A stretch of 64,000 bases of DNA, from NCBI GenBank assembly GCA_964016885.1, contig OZ024743.1:129146001-129210000 (forward strand), read 5' to 3'. This DNA is from Eledone cirrhosa (Eukaryota). This document shows positions 30,901 through 44,539 of the stretch, piece by piece (the stretch's first letter is position 1; every line of letters starts with the position of its first letter). Under the pieces are notes generated by a model. It searched no databases. It was not told where the DNA came from and was given only the letters and a program-made list of their open reading frames with translations. The position numbers were made by a program, and so were the translations under genes.

Positions 30901-33900
30901 CACCAAGCACCAAACACCAAACACCAAACACCAAACACCAAGCACCAAGCACCAAACACCAAGCACCAAGCACCAAACACCAAGCACCAAACACCAAACA
31001 CCAAGCACCAAGCACCAAACACCAAGCTCCAAACACCAAACACCAAGAACCAAGTACCAAACACCAAGCACCAAGCACCAAGTACAAACACCAAGCACCA
31101 AGCACCAAACACCAAGCACCAAGCACCAAGCATCAAACACCAAGCATCAAACACCAAACACCAAACACCAAGGACCAAACACCAAGCATAAAGCACCAAA
31201 CACCAAGCAGCAAGCAGAAAGCACCAAACAACAAACACCAAGCACCAAGCACCAAACACCAAGCACCAAGGACCAAACACCAAACACCATGCACCAAGCA
31301 CCAAACACCTAACACCAAGCACCAAGCACCAAACACCAAACACCAAGCATCGAGCACCAAACACCAAGCACCAGGCACCAAGCACCAAACACCAAGCACC
31401 AAGCACCAAACACCAAGCACCAAGCACAAAACACCAAGCACCAAGCACCAAACACCTAACACCTAACACCAAGCACCAAGCACCAAGCACCAAACACCTA
31501 ACACCTAACACCAATCACCAAGCACCAAGCACCAAGCACCAAACACCAAACACCAAGCACCAAGCACCAAACACCAAGCACCAAACACCAAGAACCAAGC
31601 ACCAAACACCAAGCACCAAACACCAAGCACCAAGCACCAAGCACCAAACACCAAGCACCAAGCACCAAGCACCAAGTACAAACACCAAGCACCAAACACC
31701 AAGCACCAAGCATCAAGCATCAAACACCAAGCATCAAACACCAAACACCAAGCAACAAGCACCAAACACCAAACACCAAGCACCAAGCACCAAGCATCAA
31801 ACACCAAACACCAAGCACCAAGCACCAAGCACCAAACACCAAACTCCAAGCACCAGACACCAAGCACCAAGCACCAAACACCAAACACCAAACACCAAAC
31901 ACCAAGCACCAAGCACCAATCACCAAACAACAAGCACCAAGCACCAAGATCCAAACACCAAACACCAAGCACCAAGCACCCAGCACGAAGCACCAAACAC
32001 GAAGCACGCAGCACCAAACACCAAGCACCAAGCACCAAACACCAAGCACCAAGCACCAAACACCAAACACCAAGCACCAAGCACCAAGCACCAAACACCA
32101 AACTCCAAGCACCAGACACCAAGCACCAAGCACCAAACACCAAACACCAAACACCAAACACCAAGCACCAAGCACCAATCACCAAACAACAAGCACCAAG
32201 CACCAAGATCCAAACACCAAACACCAAACACCAAGCACCAAGCAGCAAACACCAAACACCAAGCATCAAACACGAAGCACCAAAGACCAAAGACCAAAGA
32301 CCAAACAGCAAACACCAAACACCAAACACCAAACACCAAGCACCAAGCACCAAACACCAAGCACCAAACACCAAGCACCAAAGACCAAACACCAAACAGC
32401 AAACACCATATACAAAACAGCAAACACCAAACACGAAACAGCAAACACCAAACGCCAAACACCAAGCACCATGCACCAATCACCAAACAACAAGCACCAA
32501 GCACCAAGCACCAAACACCAAATACCAAGCACCAAGCACCAAACACCAAACACCAAGCACCAAACACCAAGCACCAAACAACAAGCACCAGGCACCAAGC
32601 ACCAAACACCAAACACCAAGCACCAAGCACCAAACACCAAGCACCAAAGACCAAACACCAAACACCAAGCACCTAGCACCAAACACCAAGCACCAAGCAC
32701 CAAACACCAAACCCCAAGCACCAAGCACCAAACACCAAACACCAAACAGCAAACACCAAACACCAAACACCAAACACCAAGCACCAAGCACCAATCACAA
32801 AACAACAAGCACCAGGCACCAAGCACCAAACACCAAACACCAAGCACCAAGCACCAAAGACCAAACACCAAGCACCAAGCACCAATCACCAAACAACAAG
32901 CACCAGGCACCAAGCACCAAACACCAAACACCAAGCACCAAGCACCAAACACCAAGCACCAAAGACCAAACACCAAACACCAAGCAACTAGCACCAAACA
33001 CCAAGCACCAAGCACCAAACACCAAACACCAAACACCAAGCACCAAGCACCAATCACAAAACAACAAGCACCAGGCACCAAGCACCAAACACCAAACACC
33101 AAGCACCAAACACCAAGCACCAAAGACCAAACACCAAACAGCAAACACCATATACAAAACAGCAAACACCAAACACGAAACAGCAAACACCAAACGCCAA
33201 ACACCAAGCACCAAGCACCAATCACCAAACAACAAGCACCAAGCACCAAGCACCAAACACCAAACACCAAGCACCAAGCACCAAACACCAAACACCAAGC
33301 ACCAAACACCAAGCACCAAGCACCAAACACCAAACCCCAAGCACCAAGCACCAAACACTAATCACCAAGCACCAAGCACCAAGCACCAAGCACCAAGCAC
33401 AAAGCACCAAACACCAAGCACCAAAGACCAAGCACCAAGCACCAAACACCAAGCACCAAGCACCAAACACCAAGCACCAAGCACCAAACACCAACCACCC
33501 AGCACCAAGCACCAAGCACCAAGCACCAAACACCAAGCACCAAACACCAAACACCAAACACCAAGCACCAAGCACCAAACACCAATCACCGATTACCAAG
33601 CACCAAACACCAAGCCTCAAGCACCAAGCACCAAACACCAAACACGAAGCACCAAACACCAAGCACCAAGGACCAAACACCAAACACCAAGCAACAAGCA
33701 CCAAGCATCAAACACCAAGCACCAAGCACCAAACACTAAACAGCAAACACGAAACATCAAACACCAAACACCAAAAAACAGACACCTAACAGCAAACAGC
33801 AAACACCAAACAGCAAACAGCATACACCAAGCACCAAGCAACAAACACCAAACACCAAGCACCAAGCACCAAACACCAAAACCAAGCACCAAACACCAGA

Positions 33901-36900
33901 CACCAAGCACCAAACACCAAACACCAAGCACCAAGCACCAAACACCAAGCACTAGGCACCAAGCACCAACCACCAAACACCAAGTACCAAGCACCAAACA
34001 CCAAGCACCAAGCACCAAAGACCAAACACCAAGCACCAAGCACCAAACACCAAACAGCAAACACCAAGCACCAAGCACCAATCACCAAACAACAAGCACC
34101 AGGCACCAAGCACCAAACACCAAACACCAAGCACCAAGCACCAAACACCAAGCACCAAAGACCAAACACCAAACATCAAGCACCTAGCACCAAACACCAA
34201 GCACCAAGCACCAAACACCAAACCCCAAGCACCAAGCACCAAGCACCAAACACCAAACACCAAGCACCAAATACCAAGCACCAAATACCAAACAGCAAAC
34301 ACCAAACACGAAACAGCAAGCACCAAGCACCTAGCACCAAACACCAAACACCAAGCACCAAGCACCAAACACCAAGCACCAATCACCAAGCACCAAACAC
34401 CAAGCAGCAAGCAGAAAGCACCAAACAACAAACACCAAGCACCAAGCACCAAACACCAAGCACCAAGGACCAAACACCAAACACCAAGCACCAAGCACCA
34501 AACACCTAACACCAAGCACCAAGCACCAAACACCAAACACCAAGCACCAAGCACCAAACACCAAGCACCAAAGACCAAACACCAAACAGCAAACACCAAA
34601 CACCAAACAGCAAACGCCAAATATGAAACAGCAAACACCATAGAGCAAACACCAAGCACCAAACACCAAGTTCCAAGCACCAAACACCAAGCACCAAGCA
34701 CAAAACACCAAACCCCAAGCACCACGCACCAAACACTAAGCACAATGCACCAAGCACCAAGCACTAAACACCAAGCACTAAGCACCAAGCACCAAGCACC
34801 AAGAACCAAAGACCAAGCACCAAGCACCAAACACCAAGCACCAAGCACCAAGTATCGAACACCAAGCATCAAACACCAAACACCAAGCACCAAACACCAA
34901 GCACCAAACACCAAGCACCCAGCCCCAAACACCAAGCACCAATCACCAAGCACCAAACACCAAGCACCAACCACCAAACACCAAGCACCAAACACCAAAC
35001 ACCAAGCACCAAGCACCAAGCACCAAACACCAAACACCAAGCACCAAGCACCAAACACCAAACACCAAACACCAAACACCAAGCACCAAGCACCAAACAA
35101 CAAGCACCAGGCACCAAGCACCAAACATCAAACACCAAGCACCAAGCACCAAACACCAAGCACCAAGCACCAAACACCAAGCACCAAGCACCAAGCACCA
35201 AGCACCAAACACCAAACAGCAAACAGCAAACACCAAACAGCAAACAGCAAACACCAAGCACCAATCACCAAACAACAAGCACCAGGCACCAAGGACCAAA
35301 CACCAAACACCAAGCACCAAGCACCAAACAACAAACACCAAGCACCAAGCACCAAACACCAAGCACCAGAGACCAAACACTAAACAGCAAACACCAAACA
35401 CCAAACAGCAAACACCAAACACGAAACAGCAAACACCATACAGCAAACACCAAACACCAAAAAGCAGACACCAAACAGCAAACAGCAAACACCAAACACC
35501 AAACAGCAAACAGCAAACACCAAACACCAAGCACCAAAACCAAGTACCAAGCACCAAACACCAAGCACCAAGCACCAAGTACAAACACCAAGCACCAAGC
35601 ACCAAACACCTAGCACCAAGCACCAAGCCTCAAACACCAAGCATCAAACACCAAACACCAAACAGCAAGCAACAAGCACCAAACACCAAGCATCAAGCAC
35701 CAAACACCAAGCAGCAAGCAGAAAGCACCAAACAACAAACACCAAGCACAAAGCACCAAACACCAAGCACCAAGGACCAAACACCAAACACCAAGCACCA
35801 AGCACCAAACACCTAACACCAAGCACCAAGCACCAAACACCAAACACCAAGCACCAAGCACCAAACACCAAGCACCAGGCACCAAGCACCAAACACCAAG
35901 CACCAAGCACAAAACACCAAGCACCAAGCATAAAACACCAAGCACCAAACACCACACACCTAACACCAAGCACCAAGCACCAAGCACCAAACACCAAGCA
36001 CCAAACACCAAACACCAAGCACCAAGCACCAAGCACCAAACACCAAGCACCAAGCACAAAACACCAAGCACCAAGCACCAAACACCTAACACCAAGCACC
36101 AAGCACCAAGCACTAAACACCAAGCACCAAACACCAAACACCAAGCACCAAGCACCAAACACCAAGCACCAAACACCAAGAACCAAGCACCAAACACCAA
36201 GGACCAAGCACCAACTACAAACACCAAGCACCAAGCACCAAACACCAAGCACCAAGCACCTAGCATCAAACACCAAGCATCAAACACCAAACACCAAACA
36301 CCAAGCAACAAGCACCAAACACCAAGCACCAAGCACCAAGCACCAAACACCAAGCACCAATTACCAAGCACCAAACACAGAGCCCCAAGCACCAAGCACC
36401 AAACACCAAACACGAAGCACCAAACACCAAGCACCAAGCACCTAGCACCAAACACCAAACACCAAGCACCAATCACCAAGCACCAAACACCAAGCAGCAA
36501 GCAGAAAGCACCAAACAACAAACACCAAGAACCAAGCACCAAACACCAAGCACCATGGACCAAACACCAAACACCAAGCACCAAGCACCAAACACCTAAC
36601 ACCAAACACCAAGCACCAAACACCAAGCACCAAAGACCAAAACACCAAACAGCAAACACCAAAGACCAAACAGCAAACACCAAACATGAAACAGCCAACA
36701 CCATAGAGCAAACACCAAACACTAATCACAATGCACCAAGCACCAAGCACTAAACACCAAGCACCAAACACCAAACCCCAAGCACCAAGCACCAAACACT
36801 AATCACAATGCACCAAGCACCAAGCACTAAACACCAAGCACCAAGCACCAAGCACTAAACACCAAACACCAAGGACCAAGCACCAAGCACCAAGAACCAA

Positions 36901-38663
36901 ATACCAAGCACCAAGCACCAAACACCAAGCACCAAGCACCAAGCATCGAACACCAAGCATCAAACAGCAAGCACCAATCACCAAGCACCAAACACCAAGC
37001 ACCAACCACCAAACACCAAGCACCAAACACCAAACACCAAGCACCAAGAACCAAGCACCAAATACCAAACACCAAGCACCACGCACCAAACACCAAACAC
37101 CAAACACCAAGCACCAAACACCAAACACCAAACACCAAACACCAAGCACCAAGTACCAAACAACAAGCACCAGGCACCAAGCACCAAACATCAAACACCA
37201 AGCACCAAGCACCAAACACCAAGCACCAAGCACCAAACACCAAGCACCAATCACCAAGCACCAAACACCAAACAGCAAACAGCAAACAGCAAACAGCAAA
37301 CAGCAAACACCAAGCACCAATCACCAAACAACAAGCACCAGGCACCAAGGACCAAACACCAAACACCAAGCACCAAGCACCAAGCACCAAACACCAAACA
37401 CCAAGCACCAAGCACCAAACACCAAGCACCAGAGACCAAACACCAAACAGCAAACACCAAACACCAAACAGCAAACACCAAACACGAAACAGCAAACACC
37501 ATACAGCAAACACCAAACACCAAAAAGCAGACACCAAACAGCAAACATCAAACACCAAACACCAAACACCAAACAGCAAACAGCAAACACCAAACACCAA
37601 GCACCAAACACCAAGTACCAAGCACCAAACACCAAGCACCAAACACCAAACACCAAGCACCAAGCACCAAACACTAATCACCAAGCACCAAGCACCAAAC
37701 ACCAAGCACCAAGCACCAAGCACCAAACACCAAGCACCAAAGACCAAGCACCTAGCACCAAGCACCAAACACCAAGCACCAAGCACCAAGCACCAAACAC
37801 CAAGCACCAAACACCAACCACCCAGCACCAAACACCAACCACCCAGCACCAAGCACCAAGCACCAAACACCAAGCACCAAGCACCAAACACCAAACACCA
37901 AACACCAAGCACCAAGCACCAAACACCAAGCACCAAGCACCAAACACCAAGCACCAAACACCAAACACCAAGCACCAAACACCAAGCACCAAACACCAAA
38001 CACCAAGCACCAAGTACCAAACACCAAGCACCAAGCACCAAGCACCAAGTACAAACACCAAGCACCAAGCACCAAACACCAAGCACCAAGCACCAATCAC
38101 AAAACAACAAGCACCAGGCACCAAGCACCAAACACCAAACACCAAGCACCAAGCACCAAAGACCAAACACCAAGCACCAAGCACCAATCACAAAACAACA
38201 AGCACCAGGCACCAAGCACCAAACACCAAACACCAAGCACCAAGCACCAAAGACCAAACACCAAGCACCAAGCACCAAACACCAAACAGCAAACACCAAG
38301 CACCAAGCACCAATCACCAAACAACAAGCACCAGGCACCAAGCACCAAACACCAAACACCAAGCACCAAGCACCAAACACCAAGCACCAAAGACCAAACA
38401 CCAAACACCAAGCACCTAGCACCAAACACCAAGCACCAAGCACCAAACACCAAACCCCAAGCACCAAGCACCAAGCACCAAACACCAAACAGCAAACACC
38501 AAACACCAAACACCAAACACCAAGCACCAAGCACCAATCACAAAACAACAAGCACCAGGCACCAAGCACCAAACACCAAACACCAAGCACCAAGCACCAA
38601 AGACCAAACACCAAGCACCAAGCACCAAACACCAAACAGCAAACACCAAGCACCAAGCACCAA
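21990..38663. repeat. Apparently perfect tandem duplication, period 8330 bp, 2 copies (junction ~30320-30333)
   Basis: Dozens of ORFs with identical translations at constant offset 8330 (22130/30460, 23175/31505, 25622/33952, 27280/35610, 29767/38097). Private variants CATCGAG, CACCGAT and TATCGAA occur once per copy. Confidence 0.95.
23500..23895. repeat. Nested 259-bp (37 heptamer) duplication inside the 8330-bp unit, repeated at +8330
   Basis: CTCCAAG-CACCAGA at 23514 and 23773; GATCC at 23618 and 23877. Confidence 0.8.
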
Positions 38664-38935
38664 TCACCAAACAACAAGCACCAGGCACCAAGCACCAAAC
38701 ACCAAACACCAAGCACCAAGCACCAAACACCAAGCACCAAAGACCAAACACCAAACACCAAGCACCTAGCACCAAACACCAAGCACCAAGCACCAAACAC
38801 CAAACCCCAAGCACCAAGCACCAAGCACCAAACACCAAACAGCAAACACCAAACACCAAACACCAAACACCAAGCACCAAGCACCAATCACAAAACAACA
38901 AGCACCAGGCACCAAGCACCAAACACCAAACACCA
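38165..38935. repeat. Nested 350-bp (50 heptamer) tandem repeat, ~2.2 copies, repeated at +3450
   Basis: CACCAAT-CACAAAA-CAACAAG-CACCAGG at 38182, 38532 and 38882. Confidence 0.85.
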
Positions 38936-39799
38936 AGCACCAAACACCAAGCACCAAAGACCAAACACCAAACAGCAAACACCATATACAAAACAGCAAA
39001 CACCAAACACGAAACAGCAAACACCAAACGCCAAACACCAAGCACCAAGCACCAATCACCAAACAACAAGCACCAAGCACCAAGCACCAAACACCAAACA
39101 CCAAGCACCAAGCACCAAACACCAAACACCAAGCACCAAACACCAAGCACCAAGCACCAAACACCAAACCCCAAGCACCAAGCACCAAACACTAATCACC
39201 AAGCACCAAGCACCAAGCACCAAGCACCAAGCACCAAGCACCAAACACCAAGCACCAAAGACCAAGCACCAAGCACCAAACACCAAGCACCAAGCACCAA
39301 ACACCAAGCACCAAGCACCAAACACCAACCACCCAGCACCAAGCACCAAGCACCAAGCACCAAACACCAAGCACCAAACACCAAACACCAAACACCAAGC
39401 ACCAAGCACCAAACACCAATCACCAATTACCAAGCACCAAACACCAAGCCCCAAGCACCAAGCACCAAACACCAAACAACGAAGCACCAAACACCAAGCA
39501 CCAAGGACCAAACACCAAACACCAAGCACCAAGCACCAAACACCAAGCACCAAGCACCAAACACCAAACAGCAAACACGAAACATCAAACACCAAACACC
39601 AAAAAACAGACACCTAACAGCAAACAGCAAACACCAAACAGCAAACAGCATACACCAAGCACCAAGCACCAAACCCCAAACACCAAGCACCAAGCACCAA
39701 ACACCAAAACCAAGCACCAAACACCAGACACCAAGCACCAAACACCAAACACCAAGCACCAAGCACCAAACACCAAGCACTAGGCACCAAGCACCAACC

Positions 39800-40310
39800 A
39801 CCAAACACCAAGTACCAAGCACCAAACACCAAGCACCAAGCACCAAAGACCAAACACCAAGCACCAAGCACCAAACACCAAACAGCAAACACCAAGCACC
39901 AAGCACCAATCACCAAACAACAAGCACCAGGCACCAAGCACCAAACACCAAACACCAAGCACCAAGCACCAAACACCAAGCACCAAAGACCAAACACCAA
40001 ACATCAAGCACCTAGCACCAAACACCAAGCACCAAGCACCAAACACCAAACCCCAAACACCAAGTACCAAGCACCAAACACCAAGCACCAAGCACCAAAG
40101 ACCAAACACCAAGCACCAAGCACCAAACACCAAACAGCAAACACCAAGCACCAAGCACCAATCACCAAACAACAAGCACCAGGCACCAAGCACCAAACAC
40201 CAAACACCAAGCACCAAGCACCAAACACCAAGCACCAAAGACCAAACACCAAACATCAAGCACCTAGCACCAAATACCAAGCACCAAGCACCAAACACCA
40301 AACCCCAAGC
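39800..40310. repeat. Nested 252-bp (36 heptamer) tandem duplication, repeated at +3450
   Basis: CATCAAG-CACCTAG at ~40002 and ~40254. ORFs starting at 40000 and 40252 on - have the same N-terminal peptide. Confidence 0.8.
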
Positions 40311-43300
40311 ACCAAGCACCAAGCACCAAACACCAAACACCAAGCACCAAATACCAAGCACCAAATACCAAACAGCAAACACCAAACACGAAACAGCAAA
40401 CACCAAACGCCAAACACCAAGCACCAAGCACCAATCACCAAACAACAAGCACCAAGCACCAAGCACCAAACACCAAACACCAAGCACCAAGCACCAAATA
40501 CCAAACACCAAGCACCAAACACCAAGCACCAAGCACCAAACACCAAACCCCAAGCACCAAGCACCAAACACTAATCACCAAGCACCAAGCACCAAGCACC
40601 AAACACCAAGCACCAAGCACAGAGCACCAAACACCAAACACCAAGCACCAAGCACCTAGCACCAAACACCAAACACCAAGCACCAAGCACCAAACACCAA
40701 GCACCAATCACCAAGCACCAAACACCAAGCAGCAAACAGAAAGCACCAAACAACAAACACCAAGCACCAAGCACCAAACACCAAGCACCAAGGACCAAAC
40801 ACCAAACACCAAGCACCAAGCACCAAACACCTAACACCAAGCACCAAGCACCAAACATCAAACACCAAGCACCAAGCACCAAACACCAAGCACCAAGCAC
40901 CAAACACCAAGCACCAAGCACCAAGCACCAAGCACCAAACACCAAACATCAAACACCAAACACCAAACAGCAAACACCATAGAGCAAACACCAAACACCA
41001 AACACCAAACACCAAACACTAAACAGCAAACAGCAAACAGCAAACACCAAGCACCAAACACCAAGTTCCAAGCACCAAACACCAAGCACCAAACACCAAA
41101 CACCAAGCACCAAGCACCAAACACTAATCACCAAGCACCAAGCACCAAACACCAAGCACCAAGCACCAAGCACCAAACACCAAGCACCAAAGACCAAGCA
41201 CCTAGCACCAAGCACCAAACACCAAGCACCAAGCACCAAGCACCAAACACCAAGCACCAAACACCAACCACCCAGCACCAAACACCAACCACCCAGCACC
41301 AAGCACCAAGCACCAAACACCAAGCACCAAGCACCAAACACCAAACACCAAACACCAAGCACCAAGCACCAAACACCAAGCACCAAGCACCAAACACCAA
41401 GCACCAAACACCAAACACCAAGCACCAAACACCAAGCACCAAACACCAAACACCAAGCACCAAGTACCAAACACCAAGCACCAAGCACCAAGCACCAAGT
41501 ACAAACACCAAGCACCAAGCACCAAACACCAAGCACCAAGCACCAATCACAAAACAACAAGCACCAGGCACCAAGCACCAAACACCAAACACCAAGCACC
41601 AAGCACCAAAGACCAAACACCAAGCACCAAGCACCAATCACAAAACAACAAGCACCAGGCACCAAGCACCAAACACCAAACACCAAGCACCAAGCACCAA
41701 AGACCAAACACCAAGCACCAAGCACCAAACACCAAACAGCAAACACCAAGCACCAAGCACCAATCACCAAACAACAAGCACCAGGCACCAAGCACCAAAC
41801 ACCAAACACCAAGCACCAAGCACCAAACACCAAGCACCAAAGACCAAACACCAAACACCAAGCACCTAGCACCAAACACCAAGCACCAAGCACCAAACAC
41901 CAAACCCCAAGCACCAAGCACCAAGCACCAAACACCAAACAGCAAACACCAAACACCAAACACCAAACACCAAGCACCAAGCACCAATCACAAAACAACA
42001 AGCACCAGGCACCAAGCACCAAACACCAAACACCAAGCACCAAGCACCAAAGACCAAACACCAAGCACCAAGCACCAAACACCAAACAGCAAACACCAAG
42101 CACCAAGCACCAATCACCAAACAACAAGCACCAGGCACCAAGCACCAAACACCAAACACCAAGCACCAAGCACCAAACACCAAGCACCAAAGACCAAACA
42201 CCAAACACCAAGCACCTAGCACCAAACACCAAGCACCAAGCACCAAACACCAAACCCCAAGCACCAAGCACCAAGCACCAAACACCAAACAGCAAACACC
42301 AAACACCAAACACCAAACACCAAGCACCAAGCACCAATCACAAAACAACAAGCACCAGGCACCAAGCACCAAACACCAAACACCAAGCACCAAACACCAA
42401 GCACCAAAGACCAAACACCAAACAGCAAACACCATATACAAAACAGCAAACACCAAACACGAAACAGCAAACACCAAACGCCAAACACCAAGCACCAAGC
42501 ACCAATCACCAAACAACAAGCACCAAGCACCAAGCACCAAACACCAAACACCAAGCACCAAGCACCAAACACCAAACACCAAGCACCAAACACCAAGCAC
42601 CAAGCACCAAACACCAAACCCCAAGCACCAAGCACCAAACACTAATCACCAAGCACCAAGCACCAAGCACCAAGCACCAAGCACCAAGCACCAAACACCA
42701 AGCACCAAAGACCAAGCACCAAGCACCAAACACCAAGCACCAAGCACCAAACACCAAGCACCAAGCACCAAACACCAACCACCCAGCACCAAGCACCAAG
42801 CACCAAGCACCAAACACCAAGCACCAAACACCAAACACCAAACACCAAGCACCAAGCACCAAACACCAATCACCAATTACCAAGCACCAAACACCAAGCC
42901 CCAAGCACCAAGCACCAAACACCAAACAACGAAGCACCAAACACCAAGCACCAAGGACCAAACACCAAACACCAAGCACCAAGCACCAAACACCAAGCAC
43001 CAAGCACCAAACACCAAACAGCAAACACGAAACATCAAACACCAAACACCAAAAAACAGACACCTAACAGCAAACAGCAAACACCAAACAGCAAACAGCA
43101 TACACCAAGCACCAAGCACCAAACCCCAAACACCAAGCACCAAGCACCAAACACCAAAACCAAGCACCAAACACCAGACACCAAGCACCAAACACCAAAC
43201 ACCAAGCACCAAGCACCAAACACCAAGCACTAGGCACCAAGCACCAACCACCAAACACCAAGTACCAAGCACCAAACACCAAGCACCAAGCACCAAAGAC

Positions 43301-44539
43301 CAAACACCAAGCACCAAGCACCAAACACCAAACAGCAAACACCAAGCACCAAGCACCAATCACCAAACAACAAGCACCAGGCACCAAGCACCAAACACCA
43401 AACACCAAGCACCAAGCACCAAACACCAAGCACCAAAGACCAAACACCAAACATCAAGCACCTAGCACCAAACACCAAGCACCAAGCACCAAACACCAAA
43501 CCCCAAACACCAAGTACCAAGCACCAAACACCAAGCACCAAGCACCAAAGACCAAACACCAAGCACCAAGCACCAAACACCAAACAGCAAACACCAAGCA
43601 CCAAGCACCAATCACCAAACAACAAGCACCAGGCACCAAGCACCAAACACCAAACACCAAGCACCAAGCACCAAACACCAAGCACCAAAGACCAAACACC
43701 AAACATCAAGCACCTAGCACCAAATACCAAGCACCAAGCACCAAACACCAAACCCCAAGCACCAAGCACCAAGCACCAAACACCAAACACCAAGCACCAA
43801 ATACCAAGCACCAAATACCAAACAGCAAACACCAAACACGAAACAGCAAACACCAAACGCCAAACACCAAGCACCAAGCACCAATCACCAAACAACAAGC
43901 ACCAAGCACCAAGCACCAAACACCAAACACCAAGCACCAAGCACCAAATACCAAACACCAAGCACCAAACACCAAGCACCAAGCACCAAACACCAAACCC
44001 CAAGCACCAAGCACCAAACACTAATCACCAAGCACCAAGCACCAAGCACCAAACACCAAGCACCAAGCACAGAGCACCAAACACCAAACACCAAGCACCA
44101 AGCACCTAGCACCAAACACCAAACACCAAGCACCAAGCACCAAACACCAAGCACCAATCACCAAGCACCAAACACCAAGCAGCAAGCAGAAAGCACCAAA
44201 CAACAAACACCAAGCACCAAGCACCAAACACCAAGCACCAAGGACCAAACACCAAACACCAAGCACCAAGCACCAAACACCTAACACCAAGCACCAAGCA
44301 CCAAACATCAAACACCAAGCACCAAGCACCAAACACCAAGCACCAAGCACCAAACACCAAGCACCAAGCACCAAGCACCAAGCACCAAACACCAAACATC
44401 AAACACCAAACACCAAACAGCAAACACCATAGAGCAAACACCAAACACCAAACACCAAACACCAAACACTAAACAGCAAACAGCAAACAGCAAACACCAA
44501 GCACCAAACACCAAGTTCCAAGCACCAAACACCAAGCAC

